This document shows positions 19,335-28,057 of a DNA stretch of 32,000 bases, piece after piece. Position 1 is the first letter of the stretch; every line of letters starts with the position of its first letter. The notes under the pieces are model-generated. The model was given only the letters and a program-made list of their open reading frames with translations, was not told where the DNA came from and did no database searches. The stretch is from NCBI RefSeq assembly GCF_000022265.1, contig NC_011979.1, positions 570,001-602,000 on the forward strand, given 5' to 3'. Position numbers and translations under genes: made by a program. This DNA is from Geotalea daltonii FRC-32. Lineage in GTDB: Bacteria > Desulfobacterota > Desulfuromonadia > Geobacterales > Geobacteraceae.

Positions 19335-19877
19335 ATGGCAGTGAACAAAGCGGAATTGCAGAAGGAATTTGCTGACGACTTCATAAGAAAAATCGACAGG
19401 CGGTTCGTACACAAGGCAAAGGACGAAAACGTGGTAATCAGCGATATCTGCCGGCGGGAAGACCTGGGGCCCGATATCTACCAGTGTTTTCTAACCTATG
19501 ACGACCAGCTGCCCTTCTTTTTCGAACACTATCTGGACCATGTACCGGGGCTTCTCGTCATCGAGGCCGCACGGCAGATGGGTACGGCGACGGTGCATAA
19601 ATTCTACGACGTGGATTTCGACACGATCTTCATTCTGGATGTGGTCAACTGCAGTTTTACCAATTTTCTCGAATGTCAGGAACCGGTGGTCATCCAGATA
19701 GCCATAATCGCACCAAACGGCCCGGACAGGGTGCGGAAAGCATTCAGCTCCGTCGTCACCATCTTCCAGCATAGCGAAAGCAAAGGGACCATCGAGTTCA
19801 ATTGCACCTGCATTCCGAAAAAACTCTTCGCGCGGATGAGACGGACGGCGGCGGCATGCACAGGAGGGGGACAATGA
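19335..19877 (+). CDS. Single-domain AfsA-type (A-factor biosynthesis) hotdog protein
   Basis: Matches PF03756-type motifs as I recall them: FVHKAKDENVVISD (compare VHKxxxENVL) and PFFFEHYLDHVPGLLVIEAARQMG (compare FFDHxxDHVPGMxxxEAxRQ). The ATG at 19335 is preceded by GGAGG; the track ORF starts at 19314. Confidence 0.72.
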   Translation: MAVNKAELQKEFADDFIRKIDRRFVHKAKDENVVISDICRREDLGPDIYQCFLTYDDQLPFFFEHYLDHVPGLLVIEAARQMGTATVHKFYDVDFDTIFILDVVNCSFTNFLECQEPVVIQIAIIAPNGPDRVRKAFSSVVTIFQHSESKGTIEFNCTCIPKKLFARMRRTAAACTGGGQ

Positions 19878-21658
19878 GACTGAAAGCACTGATTGCTTGC
19901 TTCGGTATCCTCTGGTCGTGTTCCCTGTCCCATGCCTTCGACCATGGCAGCCTCTACGGCGATTTTGTTGCCGTCGATGCCCAGGATGGGAAAATAGATG
20001 GTTCGGCCGACCTGCTTACTACCGCCCTGTGCGGCAAGTGTCATAACGATAAGATCAGCGAGGTGATGGCCACGGTCCACTATACCTTCCGTTCGGAAAA
20101 CAAGATGATCGACTTCCCCGGCGGGGGGATGCACGGCCATTACGACCGGAGCAGCGGACTGACCGGCGGCAATACGGTGGTCAATTACTATTTCGACAGC
20201 GAGCGGGGGTGCGGCAAGTGCCATGTGGGGAAATACCTTCCCGGTACCATGGGAGAAATCGATCTGCTCACCGGGTTGCCCACGGCTAACATGGAAAAGG
20301 TCCGGAACGGGATCGACTGTCTGATTTGCCACGCGGCCACCTACAGCGGGAGAGATAAGTTGGTGGAGGAGATCGATGCCGACGGCACGAAGGCTAAGTA
20401 CTGGCACCAGGATCGGACATGGAGTGCTGTATCGAGCATCGGCAGGTCGACCACTGCGGCTTGCTTGCGCTGCCACAGCGAGGCTGCATCCCCCAATGAG
20501 CGGGGAACCCCCTTCGCCACATGGAACGACGTGCACATTGCCTCTGCTGCCTTTTCCGGCAACGCCTGCACCAGGTGTCACAATGTGGGCAAGCATAAAA
20601 TGGTGCGGGGCAACCATATTGCCGAGATATTCGCCTCGGATTACCAGGTAGGGTCGGCAGAAAACGAGCTGAAATGCGAGAAATGCCATTCGGCGAAGCC
20701 CCATGATAAAGAAACCCTCAATGGGCATGTGAGCAGGGTAGCCTGTCAGACGTGTCACATCCCCTGGACCTCCGGGGCCACCTATTCCCGCTGGGAGCTG
20801 GATGGGACCCAGACGGAATTCGCCCGGGGGGGAATCTTCTCCGCCGAGGACAGTAAACCCTATACGACAGCGGGGATGAGCGAACGGGAGGTTTGGGAGA
20901 CCTACAAAATGCGGCCACGGTACCTGTGGTTCAACGGAAAAGCAAGCTACCTTGCCCAGCCAATCGGCAGCAAAGGGGAGAATGGCAGCAAGATCTGGCC
21001 GTTCAAGCCCCTTTCTTCAGGGCTTCCCGTGGATACGAGCGGACTGCGCATGGCGGACCTCCTGGACGACGCTACTTTGCAAACGGCAATGGTAAGGACA
21101 GGTTCCATGGTGCCCGGTGACGCCCCTGGCGCTACGGCGTTGGCTGGTGTAGGCACCCTGGCCAACCGTACTGTCGATTCCAGCCTGAGCTTGGAGCTTC
21201 AACGGGAGATGCTGGAAGTGCCGCTGCTTCTGAACCTGGATCTGGAAGTGCTCAAGAGCGGCGGCTCCATGACCCCGGCCATCGACTCGGCAATGAGCAA
21301 GACCTACAACTCCCTCAACTTCCTTGGGAAACTCTTCGGTGCACCCGCCGATGCTGCGGTCCTCTCCATCTTCAACGGCAACTACAGGAGCGACAGCTAT
21401 CTTGTGACAACCCTTCCCACCGGACAGAACATGCAGAAATACAATGCCAACTATCCCAGCGGCTCGTTCCTTACCCTGACCCATGGTGTCAGGCCCTCCT
21501 CCGAAGCGCTTAAATGCTATGACTGCCATAGCTCAAGGGGCGTCATGGCCGGAAACCGCCTGAGGGTTTATGATCGTCTCGACGGGAACATGAACCCCGT
21601 CTATCGCGAAGTCGACAATTTCGATGTTTTGGGAATAAAGCCGCAGGGGGGCATATGA
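19874..21658 (+). CDS. Secreted octaheme c-type cytochrome
   Basis: Signal peptide MRLKALIACFGILWSCSLSHA. Eight CXXCH motifs: CGKCH, CGKCH, CLICH, CLRCH, CTRCH, CEKCH, CQTCH, CYDCH. The ATG overlaps the upstream stop (ATGA) and follows AGGAGGGGG. Confidence 0.9.
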   Translation: MRLKALIACFGILWSCSLSHAFDHGSLYGDFVAVDAQDGKIDGSADLLTTALCGKCHNDKISEVMATVHYTFRSENKMIDFPGGGMHGHYDRSSGLTGGNTVVNYYFDSERGCGKCHVGKYLPGTMGEIDLLTGLPTANMEKVRNGIDCLICHAATYSGRDKLVEEIDADGTKAKYWHQDRTWSAVSSIGRSTTAACLRCHSEAASPNERGTPFATWNDVHIASAAFSGNACTRCHNVGKHKMVRGNHIAEIFASDYQVGSAENELKCEKCHSAKPHDKETLNGHVSRVACQTCHIPWTSGATYSRWELDGTQTEFARGGIFSAEDSKPYTTAGMSEREVWETYKMRPRYLWFNGKASYLAQPIGSKGENGSKIWPFKPLSSGLPVDTSGLRMADLLDDATLQTAMVRTGSMVPGDAPGATALAGVGTLANRTVDSSLSLELQREMLEVPLLLNLDLEVLKSGGSMTPAIDSAMSKTYNSLNFLGKLFGAPADAAVLSIFNGNYRSDSYLVTTLPTGQNMQKYNANYPSGSFLTLTHGVRPSSEALKCYDCHSSRGVMAGNRLRVYDRLDGNMNPVYREVDNFDVLGIKPQGGI

Positions 21659-22632
21659 AAATCTTTGTGACCGGTGCCACCGGTTTGGTCGGTAAGCGTC
21701 TTGTGGATAAACTGTCGGAGGGAAAAGACGAGATTGTCTGCCTGGTGAGGGATGCATCGAGAGTAACCTTCGACAGGAACAGGGTGAGGATCGTCAACGG
21801 CGACTTGCTGGACAAGGGGAGCTACAGGCGACATCTGGACGGCGTCGACCTGGTGTACAATTGCGCTGCGGTCACCGGCTTCTGGGGTATCAAGTGGGAG
21901 GAATACTACCGCAACAATGTGGAAGCCACCATGAGTCTTTTGCAGGGCTGTTCCGAAGCTGACGTGCCGAACTTCGTCCATGTGAGTACGACCCTGCTCC
22001 ATGGAGCATGCGACGATCCCGCTCCGAGAAAGGAGTCAGACCCCCCGGGCACGTGCCTGTCGGGATATGAAAAATCCAAGTTGGCAGCGGAGTCGGCCGT
22101 GGTTGAGTGTGGGAAGCAGACCGGCATGAGTACCAAGATCGTCCGCCTGACTTCCGTGTACTGCGCCGGCGGGCGCCTGATCCCTTCCCTGGTGGAGGGG
22201 TTGCTGCAGAATAAATTGAAGCAGATCGGCTCGGGAAAGAACATGAAGCACATCACCCATGTGGATGATTGTGTGGACGGCATGATGCTGGCAGCAAGAA
22301 AAGGGCTCCCCGGCGCCGTGTATAATATCGGCGCCAGGGAGGTCCCCACCATGGGGCAGATCATGGAGCAGGTATCTTCGGCCCTCGGCAGGGAACGCCC
22401 CCGGATGATTCCTCAAGGCGTTGCCAGACTGGCTGCAACAGGAATGGAGGCCGTTGCCTGCATCACCGGTAAGCCGCCGCTGCTCACCCGCTATACGGTG
22501 GATTACCTTACCAAGAACCACATCTACGATACATCCCTTGCCGCAAAGGAGTTGGGATTTGTGGCGAAGATGGATTATCGCCAGGGCATAGCCAATTCGG
22601 TGCTGAAATATTTGCAGCTCAGGCAGGCATGA
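21655..22632 (+). CDS. NAD(P)-dependent epimerase/dehydratase-family (extended SDR) oxidoreductase
   Basis: Rossmann motif MKIFVTGATGLVGKRL and catalytic YxxxK (YEKSK). ATGA overlap with the cytochrome gene. Confidence 0.88.
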   Translation: MKIFVTGATGLVGKRLVDKLSEGKDEIVCLVRDASRVTFDRNRVRIVNGDLLDKGSYRRHLDGVDLVYNCAAVTGFWGIKWEEYYRNNVEATMSLLQGCSEADVPNFVHVSTTLLHGACDDPAPRKESDPPGTCLSGYEKSKLAAESAVVECGKQTGMSTKIVRLTSVYCAGGRLIPSLVEGLLQNKLKQIGSGKNMKHITHVDDCVDGMMLAARKGLPGAVYNIGAREVPTMGQIMEQVSSALGRERPRMIPQGVARLAATGMEAVACITGKPPLLTRYTVDYLTKNHIYDTSLAAKELGFVAKMDYRQGIANSVLKYLQLRQA

Positions 22633-23390
22633 CCGGTAAAGAACTCTCGATCACCTTCGTAGGTCACTCCACGGTTCTCTTGCAGAGCCGTGAGGTGGCC
22701 ATTGTTACCGATCCCAATTATGAGACCAGTTTCGGCCCTTTCGTGCCGAGATTGGAGGCTCCGGGAATGGGGATCGAGGATCTTCCCAGGTTGACGCTGG
22801 TCCTGATCAGCCACGACCACTTCGACCACCTGTCCAGGTCAACCTTGCGGGCGCTGCCGGGAGGGTACCGACTCCTGATCCCCAAGGGGACGGGTCATCT
22901 TTTCCGGGGGCTTAACCACCGGACACAGCATGAACTGGACCATGGAAAGACCTACCAGGACTGGCAGGTGAAGGTGACCGCCCTGCCGGCGCTGCACGTT
23001 TCAAAGCGGCTGCTTCTGGGCAGGAGCAGGCCGGCGAACAACTACCTCATCGAACTGCACGGCAAAACGATTTTTTTTGCAGGGGATACGGGCTACGGCC
23101 CCCAGTTTCGTGAAATCGGCGCCGCTTGGGATATTGATGCGGCTCTGTTGCCGGTCGGGCTGGCAACGCCGGATTTCCTTTTCGGCAAGACCCACCTGAA
23201 CCCGGAAAGGGCGCTTCGGGCATTCAGAGACCTGCAGGCCCGCATCATGATTCCCATCCATTACGGTACATTTCGAACCGTCCTGGAAAAGCCGGACTAC
23301 CCGCTGCAGGAGTTGAGAAGGCAGATAGCCAGGTATGACATGGGCGAGAAGGTGAAAATATTGCGCCCCGGAGAGAGCATCCACCTATGA
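22629..23390 (+). CDS. MBL-fold metallo-hydrolase
   Basis: HxHxDH motif (LISHDHFDHL) and an N-terminus TFVGHSTVLLQ typical of COG2220-type MBL hydrolases. ATGA overlap upstream. Confidence 0.85.
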   Translation: MTGKELSITFVGHSTVLLQSREVAIVTDPNYETSFGPFVPRLEAPGMGIEDLPRLTLVLISHDHFDHLSRSTLRALPGGYRLLIPKGTGHLFRGLNHRTQHELDHGKTYQDWQVKVTALPALHVSKRLLLGRSRPANNYLIELHGKTIFFAGDTGYGPQFREIGAAWDIDAALLPVGLATPDFLFGKTHLNPERALRAFRDLQARIMIPIHYGTFRTVLEKPDYPLQELRRQIARYDMGEKVKILRPGESIHL

Positions 23391-24106
23391 CGAAAGAGAG
23401 CAAACACCAGATCGGCGCGTTCTTCGATGTGGACAAGACAATCGTAGACTACAATACCATGAGCGGCTATTACTGGTATTTCCACCGAAACCTCTACAAG
23501 GGGGCGCCCCCCCTGAAACGGACCGTTGCGGGATTGGCTCATATGGTTCGTGTAACCGGCACCTATCTCAATCTCCTCAGGTGCGCCATGAAAAAAGACG
23601 ACCGGATGACCGTGAACAGGCACTATTACGCTGCCCTGAGCGGGATCGACGCCGGTCTTTACGGCAGCCTGATCGACGAATGGTATCGGGAGGCGGGCAT
23701 TCTGGAGAAAATATACGGGCAGGTGGGCACGGTAATCCGTAACCATCAGCGGCAAGGACACCGTGTGGTCCTGGTGTCCGGGTCCCATCTTCCCCTGATC
23801 GAACCCTTGGGAAAGGCCCTGCAGGTTGATGAGATCCTGGCTACGGAGGTTGAGGTAAAGGGGACTGTCTTTACCGGGAAGATACGCAACGAACTCCCCA
23901 TGGTCGGAGAGGGGAAGGCCCGGGCAATCCGCCGGTATGCGCAACGAAACGGAATTGACCTTTCGTCGAGCTATGCCTATTCCGATCACATATCGGACCT
24001 GAAGATGCTGGAAACGGTGGGCAATCCATGTGCGGTGATCGGCGACATGAAGCTGGATGAGTATGCAAGGAAGAGGTCATGGCAAATCATTACCACAGGT
24101 TGTTGA
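23387..24106 (+). CDS. HAD-IB family hydrolase (SerB-like phosphatase)
   Basis: HAD motif I FFDVDKTIV, motif II LVSGS and motif III/IV K...YSDHISDLKML. ATGA overlap upstream. Confidence 0.85.
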   Translation: MTKESKHQIGAFFDVDKTIVDYNTMSGYYWYFHRNLYKGAPPLKRTVAGLAHMVRVTGTYLNLLRCAMKKDDRMTVNRHYYAALSGIDAGLYGSLIDEWYREAGILEKIYGQVGTVIRNHQRQGHRVVLVSGSHLPLIEPLGKALQVDEILATEVEVKGTVFTGKIRNELPMVGEGKARAIRRYAQRNGIDLSSSYAYSDHISDLKMLETVGNPCAVIGDMKLDEYARKRSWQIITTGC

Positions 24107-24236
24107 AAAACTGTTGCGGTGCCGATCTGCTGCGTTATCGCTCGCTCAAAACCTCAGCGTACAAAAAGTACGCTTCGGCTTTTCGCTTGCTTAAGCCTTG
24201 CATTCCGGCATCCTTTCGACGTTTTTCAACAACCTG
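24096..24236. repeat. 141-bp element bounded by perfect 16-bp inverted repeats (MITE/REP-like; probable convergent terminator)
   Basis: CAGGTTGTTGAAAAAC (24096-24111) is the exact reverse complement of GTTTTTCAACAACCTG (24221-24236). There is an internal hairpin AGCGTAC-aaaaa-GTACGCT (24156-24174). The left repeat contains the HAD gene stop codon. Confidence 0.6.
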
Positions 24237-24252
24237 TCAGAAAGGCGCGGCT

Positions 24253-25227
24253 CTAAAGGCAGGCGATTTCGGTCCCTTTGCGATATTGGGAAGGGTTGGT
24301 GCCGCTGTACCGCTTGAATTCCTTTGAAAAATGGGAGTAATCGGAAAAGCCGGTCAGATAGCCTATTTCCGTGAGGGAAAGCTGACTGTTGAGGAGATAA
24401 CTCTCCGCCGTGCGTATGCGGGCATTATTGAGCAGCTTTCTGAAAGTCTGCCCCTCGTCCTGTAATTTCCTCTGCATGCTCCGCTCGGACATGTTCAGGG
24501 ACTGGGCAACGCTTTTCAGCGTCCATTTGTGATTCAGGTCCTGCTTGACGATAGCTTCCACGCTGTCCGACAGGCATTCCCGCTGGACAATCTTCGATTT
24601 CTGCAGGAGAAAGTCGTCGAGCCCTGAGATTTTTTCCGGCGGCGAAAACGATTCCCACTGGAATTTCCATTGACTGGCCCTCGCCTGGACTGCCCCCTTG
24701 AGGGACGCGTCGTCAAGATACTGGAAAATCTCCGGGTTCCCAACTTTTTGCCAGCCGTAGGAAAGCTGCCGGCATCCTATCAACCCCAGCAGGGTTTTCA
24801 GTACGCCGCAGGCAAAGAAATCCTCCGCCGCAGAGATGGGCTGTGCCAGGGCCGTGACGTGGCTGACGGTCACGCTGCAAGGTTCCGCCGCATCCAGCCT
24901 GATCCTCTTCGCCGAATGGATATAGCGGTAATAGTTCTCCAGCTTGTTGATCAGTGTCTTGGGCGAATCCGAGTTCAACAGAAAATAAAATAAGGGAAAA
25001 TCGCACGAAGAGTTGCAGTGCTCGCCGATATTGAGAATCGGCTCTGCACCGCATTCGGAGAGCAGGTCATCCAAGAGGGCGACCTTTTTTTCTGCCGGTA
25101 TTACCTGTACATCCCCCCGCTTGATCTGCTCGATAAGGGCGGCGCGCTTGCCCATGGTCCTGGGGGCCAGGTGCGAGACGCCGTTGACGATCAGTTTGAC
25201 GATACCCACATGGACGAATTGTTGCAT
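24253..25227 (-). CDS. AraC-family transcriptional regulator
   Basis: C-terminal AraC double HTH (LSLTEIGYLTGFSDYSHFSKEFKRYSGTNPSQYRK). The start is uncertain: 25227, or the internal MGKRAAL at about 25153. Confidence 0.85.
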   Translation of the reverse strand: MQQFVHVGIVKLIVNGVSHLAPRTMGKRAALIEQIKRGDVQVIPAEKKVALLDDLLSECGAEPILNIGEHCNSSCDFPLFYFLLNSDSPKTLINKLENYYRYIHSAKRIRLDAAEPCSVTVSHVTALAQPISAAEDFFACGVLKTLLGLIGCRQLSYGWQKVGNPEIFQYLDDASLKGAVQARASQWKFQWESFSPPEKISGLDDFLLQKSKIVQRECLSDSVEAIVKQDLNHKWTLKSVAQSLNMSERSMQRKLQDEGQTFRKLLNNARIRTAESYLLNSQLSLTEIGYLTGFSDYSHFSKEFKRYSGTNPSQYRKGTEIACL

Positions 25228-25699
25228 TACCTGCCTCTGCTGTACTCCCTGATGATACCCCGCCGGGTATCACCGATAAAAAAAGCCAATTAGGCTGGGC
25301 ACATTACCGTTAAATATCTGCAATGTCAAGGGGAGAGGCTTTGAGCGAGGTGGGAGGCTTTGCCCCGAAACCAGCTTGCGGTTGGCTCTCCTCCTGCCTT
25401 TCGCACTTTCTATCCCCTTTGATTTTTTGACCTTTTGCCCCATGCAAAAATTTTTACAGCCAACCTGCTGTAATTTCAGTTGAATTTCCCATTTTTCAGG
25501 AGTAGAAATGGCTAGTGCTCATTAATTGGAGTGGGTGAATCTGGAGGTGCGTTGGGCTCGCGGCGAAAGTTGTAGATGTGTCAACCTTCGGTGGTGGGGA
25601 AGCCGGCGAAGTTTATAGTATTAGAAACCTGTTGGGTTTATAGATGTAGAAACTTTGCAACTGCTCAAAAACGAGTTGGGCGAACGAAAGGAAAAGCAT

Positions 25700-26425
25700 A
25701 TGTCTCTTATAGTCACAGTTAATGTCGAAGAAGGTATAGTCATGGCAAGTGATAGCCGTTTGACTATGAACCTTCCACGCGATGTAAACGGCCAGACTGT
25801 ACTCGAGTGTGGAGTGTCGCAAAGCGACACTATTTACAAAACGTTTCTAGCTAAAAATGGTATTGGGATATCCATGTATGGTGATGCAACTATAAATGCG
25901 ATACCTATAAGTGGATATATTGAATCATTTATTAATGAAAAAATGGTTGAAGGTCAAACTTCTGTAGATGAAGTTCCAGAACTGTTGGTTGAGTATTTTC
26001 AAGCTATGTCGAATATTCCTAATACTGGATTTCATGTTGCTGGTTATAAGACTGAAGGTGAAAAACGTGTTAAAAAAGTTTATAAGGTCATTATATCCAA
26101 TGGAAATATAAGTAATATTGTACCAAACCAGTTATTGCACGGATCAATTTGGGATGGCGAGTCAGACGTTTTGATAAGAGTGATTAATCCGCATCTGCAC
26201 TTCTCTGAAGACATGGTTGCATATTCACCACTAACATCACACAGTATCCCTTTTGAAATGTTTACACTTCAAGATGCAATAGATTTTGCTGTTTATGCTA
26301 TCAAAACTACAGCTGACACAATGAGATTCCAAATGCGTACAAAAACTGTCGGTGGTCCTATCGACGTATTAGTTATAAAACAGCATGAAGCCTTCTGGAT
26401 CCAAAAGAAGTCTTTGCATATTTGA
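25700..26425 (+). CDS. Orphan proteasome-beta/HslV-like Ntn-hydrolase with Ser at the nucleophile position
   Basis: By-eye alignment to T. acidophilum beta: SLIVTVNVEEGIVMASDSRLTMN vs TTTVGITLKDAVIMATERRVTME; YKTFL..GIGISMYGDA vs KKLFQ..GMTIAGLVGDA; VGGPIDVLVIK vs SGGMIDVAVIT. The ATG at 25700 follows AAAGGAAAAG; the track ORF starts at a TTG at 25655. Confidence 0.7.
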   Translation: MSLIVTVNVEEGIVMASDSRLTMNLPRDVNGQTVLECGVSQSDTIYKTFLAKNGIGISMYGDATINAIPISGYIESFINEKMVEGQTSVDEVPELLVEYFQAMSNIPNTGFHVAGYKTEGEKRVKKVYKVIISNGNISNIVPNQLLHGSIWDGESDVLIRVINPHLHFSEDMVAYSPLTSHSIPFEMFTLQDAIDFAVYAIKTTADTMRFQMRTKTVGGPIDVLVIKQHEAFWIQKKSLHI

Positions 26426-26482
26426 GTATGGCATCCCTGGAATTACCCTAATGTACATAAAATTTCCTTTTAGGAGAAATCA

Positions 26483-26893
26483 ATGAGATTTTTAACAATA
26501 ATTTTCTTGCTTGTAACTATTAGTGGCTGCGCCACCACAGAAATCATTAATCAAATTCCAATGCCTCAAATACAAGCTTCGCAGCAAGCACAGGTAAAAG
26601 TCTGCAGGAAATATATTTTTCTAGGTGACGCTGCTGCAACGATAATTTCGTTAGATAGAAGACCTATATTACGTTCTTCTGCTGGGAAATGCTTTTCAGC
26701 TAAGGTAACCCCTGGTTCCCACGTTCTCGGTGTCATGACTCAAGGATTTGCAGGGCTAGAAATGAGAGAACTTGAATTTCTACTTCAAGAAGGCCAAACA
26801 AAATTCCTCAAAGTAAATCTGGATAGATTATATGAAGCCTCTGAGGACGAATTTTCAGGCTTTCTTAATTACGAACAGATAATCGTACAATAA
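26483..26893 (+). CDS. Lipoprotein (DUF2846-like beta domain)
   Basis: Signal peptide with lipobox MRFLTIIFLLVTISG|C. The body (...ISLDRRPILRSSAGKCFSAKVTPGSHVLGV) resembles DUF2846. RBS AGGAGA. Confidence 0.7.
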   Translation: MRFLTIIFLLVTISGCATTEIINQIPMPQIQASQQAQVKVCRKYIFLGDAAATIISLDRRPILRSSAGKCFSAKVTPGSHVLGVMTQGFAGLEMRELEFLLQEGQTKFLKVNLDRLYEASEDEFSGFLNYEQIIVQ

Positions 26894-26902
26894 ATCAGTC
26901 AT

Positions 26903-26969
26903 AACGCCGGCACAGACACTGACACGGCAGAGTAAAGCCCTGCCTCGCAGGTCATGCCGAGCCGCCGTT
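26903..26969. repeat. GC-rich imperfect palindrome between island genes (attC-like or REP-like)
   Basis: AACGCCGGC (26903-26911) pairs 8/9 with GCCGCCGTT (26961-26969). Inner pairs are TGAC/GTCA and GGCAG/CTGCC, with unpaired bulges. It ends in GTTGAGC, which fits GTTRRRY. Confidence 0.4.
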
Positions 26970-27010
26970 GAGCGGAAAAAGAAGAAAATTGTGGAAACCA
27001 AGAGCTAAAA

Positions 27011-27772
27011 ATGATCCCATCGTCTATTGAGTGGCTAAATAACAACCAAGGCGTGCTGAGCGTCATCCTCTTCATCATTACAATCGGATTAGGGTGGGCT
27101 AGCGGCATTTTTCGCACGCTCCGACAAAAACCGAAAATGAAGATAAGCCTACTCCCCGGGCCGACCTTCTGCTGCACGTATCTAATCGGGGAAAAACATG
27201 GCAAATATGATGTTCATCGGACAGGCATCGCGCTTTACCTCCATATTGCGAACATTGGGTCAGCTCCTTCCAGCATAGAACGCGTCTCCATCGGATACCA
27301 TTGGAACATCACACCTTTCAGCATTCAATGGTTGAAATATAGGATCGGCTGGTTTTGGTTACATGATCAAACTGCGGCCTTGATGGACTTTCAGGCAAAA
27401 ATAGGAGAAAATCTTAAAATATATCCATTCCTTACCCAAAAGAGCATCCTCTCTGGGGAAAGTGCTGAAACGTTTCTTGAGGTAGGTCGGTCCACAAATG
27501 GGGCCGTCTACTTTGAGCAGTCAGATAGCTGGGGTGCTTGTTTCCCCGTCGTGACAGACAATAAGGTTAAGCTTCAGGTTCGAGTAACCGACGTGTTCAG
27601 CAACAAACACCAAGCTACATTTGAAGTGCCAGCTGTTTCTTTTGAAGAAGCAAGGAAGTACAACCCATCGTTCGGGAAGACCCTGGCAGATTTGCATGGA
27701 AAACCTCTGCCTGTGGACATTTTGCCAGCTGCTGAAAGTTATTGCCATGAAGCCGCCAATCCAAGGATATGA
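27011..27772 (+). CDS. Membrane-anchored hypothetical protein (N-terminal TM plus beta-rich domain)
   Basis: 253-aa ORF in the AT-rich island with a TM segment VLSVILFIITIGLGWASGIF. I recognise no family. Confidence 0.55.
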   Translation: MIPSSIEWLNNNQGVLSVILFIITIGLGWASGIFRTLRQKPKMKISLLPGPTFCCTYLIGEKHGKYDVHRTGIALYLHIANIGSAPSSIERVSIGYHWNITPFSIQWLKYRIGWFWLHDQTAALMDFQAKIGENLKIYPFLTQKSILSGESAETFLEVGRSTNGAVYFEQSDSWGACFPVVTDNKVKLQVRVTDVFSNKHQATFEVPAVSFEEARKYNPSFGKTLADLHGKPLPVDILPAAESYCHEAANPRI

Positions 27773-27865
27773 ATCTCTCAACCCGCGCTCAGACCATGAC
27801 CGGGCGATAAAGAGGCCAGGCATGTGAATCGCTACCCCGTTATGCGTGAAATAAGGATTCAGAAG

Positions 27866-28057
27866 ATGAACGGATTTGAGATGATAAACGTCTTTATCGA
27901 TACTTCAATTTTTATCAAAATGAATTTTTTCTATGGGCATCCAACATTTGCGGCTCTAATAGAGTCAGTGAAACAAGGTAGAACGCGTATTCTACTGACT
28001 GAGGTGACTGTAGAAGAAGTCAAAGCGAATATCAGAGGAAATTTAACAGAAATTTAA
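27866..28057 (+). pseudogene. N-terminal fragment of a PIN-like (DUF4935/PIN_12-type) protein, truncated by hairpin element copy 1
   Basis: MINVFIDTSIFIKMNFFYGHPTFAALIESVKQGRTRILLTEVTVEEVKANI resembles the start of roughly 300-aa PIN_12 proteins. The reading frame runs into the element's GGAAATTTAACAG and stops there. Confidence 0.4.

Noticed and set aside
24079-24327. An 82-aa plus-strand ORF across the inverted-repeat element.
   Set aside because: It overlaps the HAD gene end and the AraC gene 3' end, and lies within a structured repeat. Its Arg/Cys-rich translation looks non-coding.
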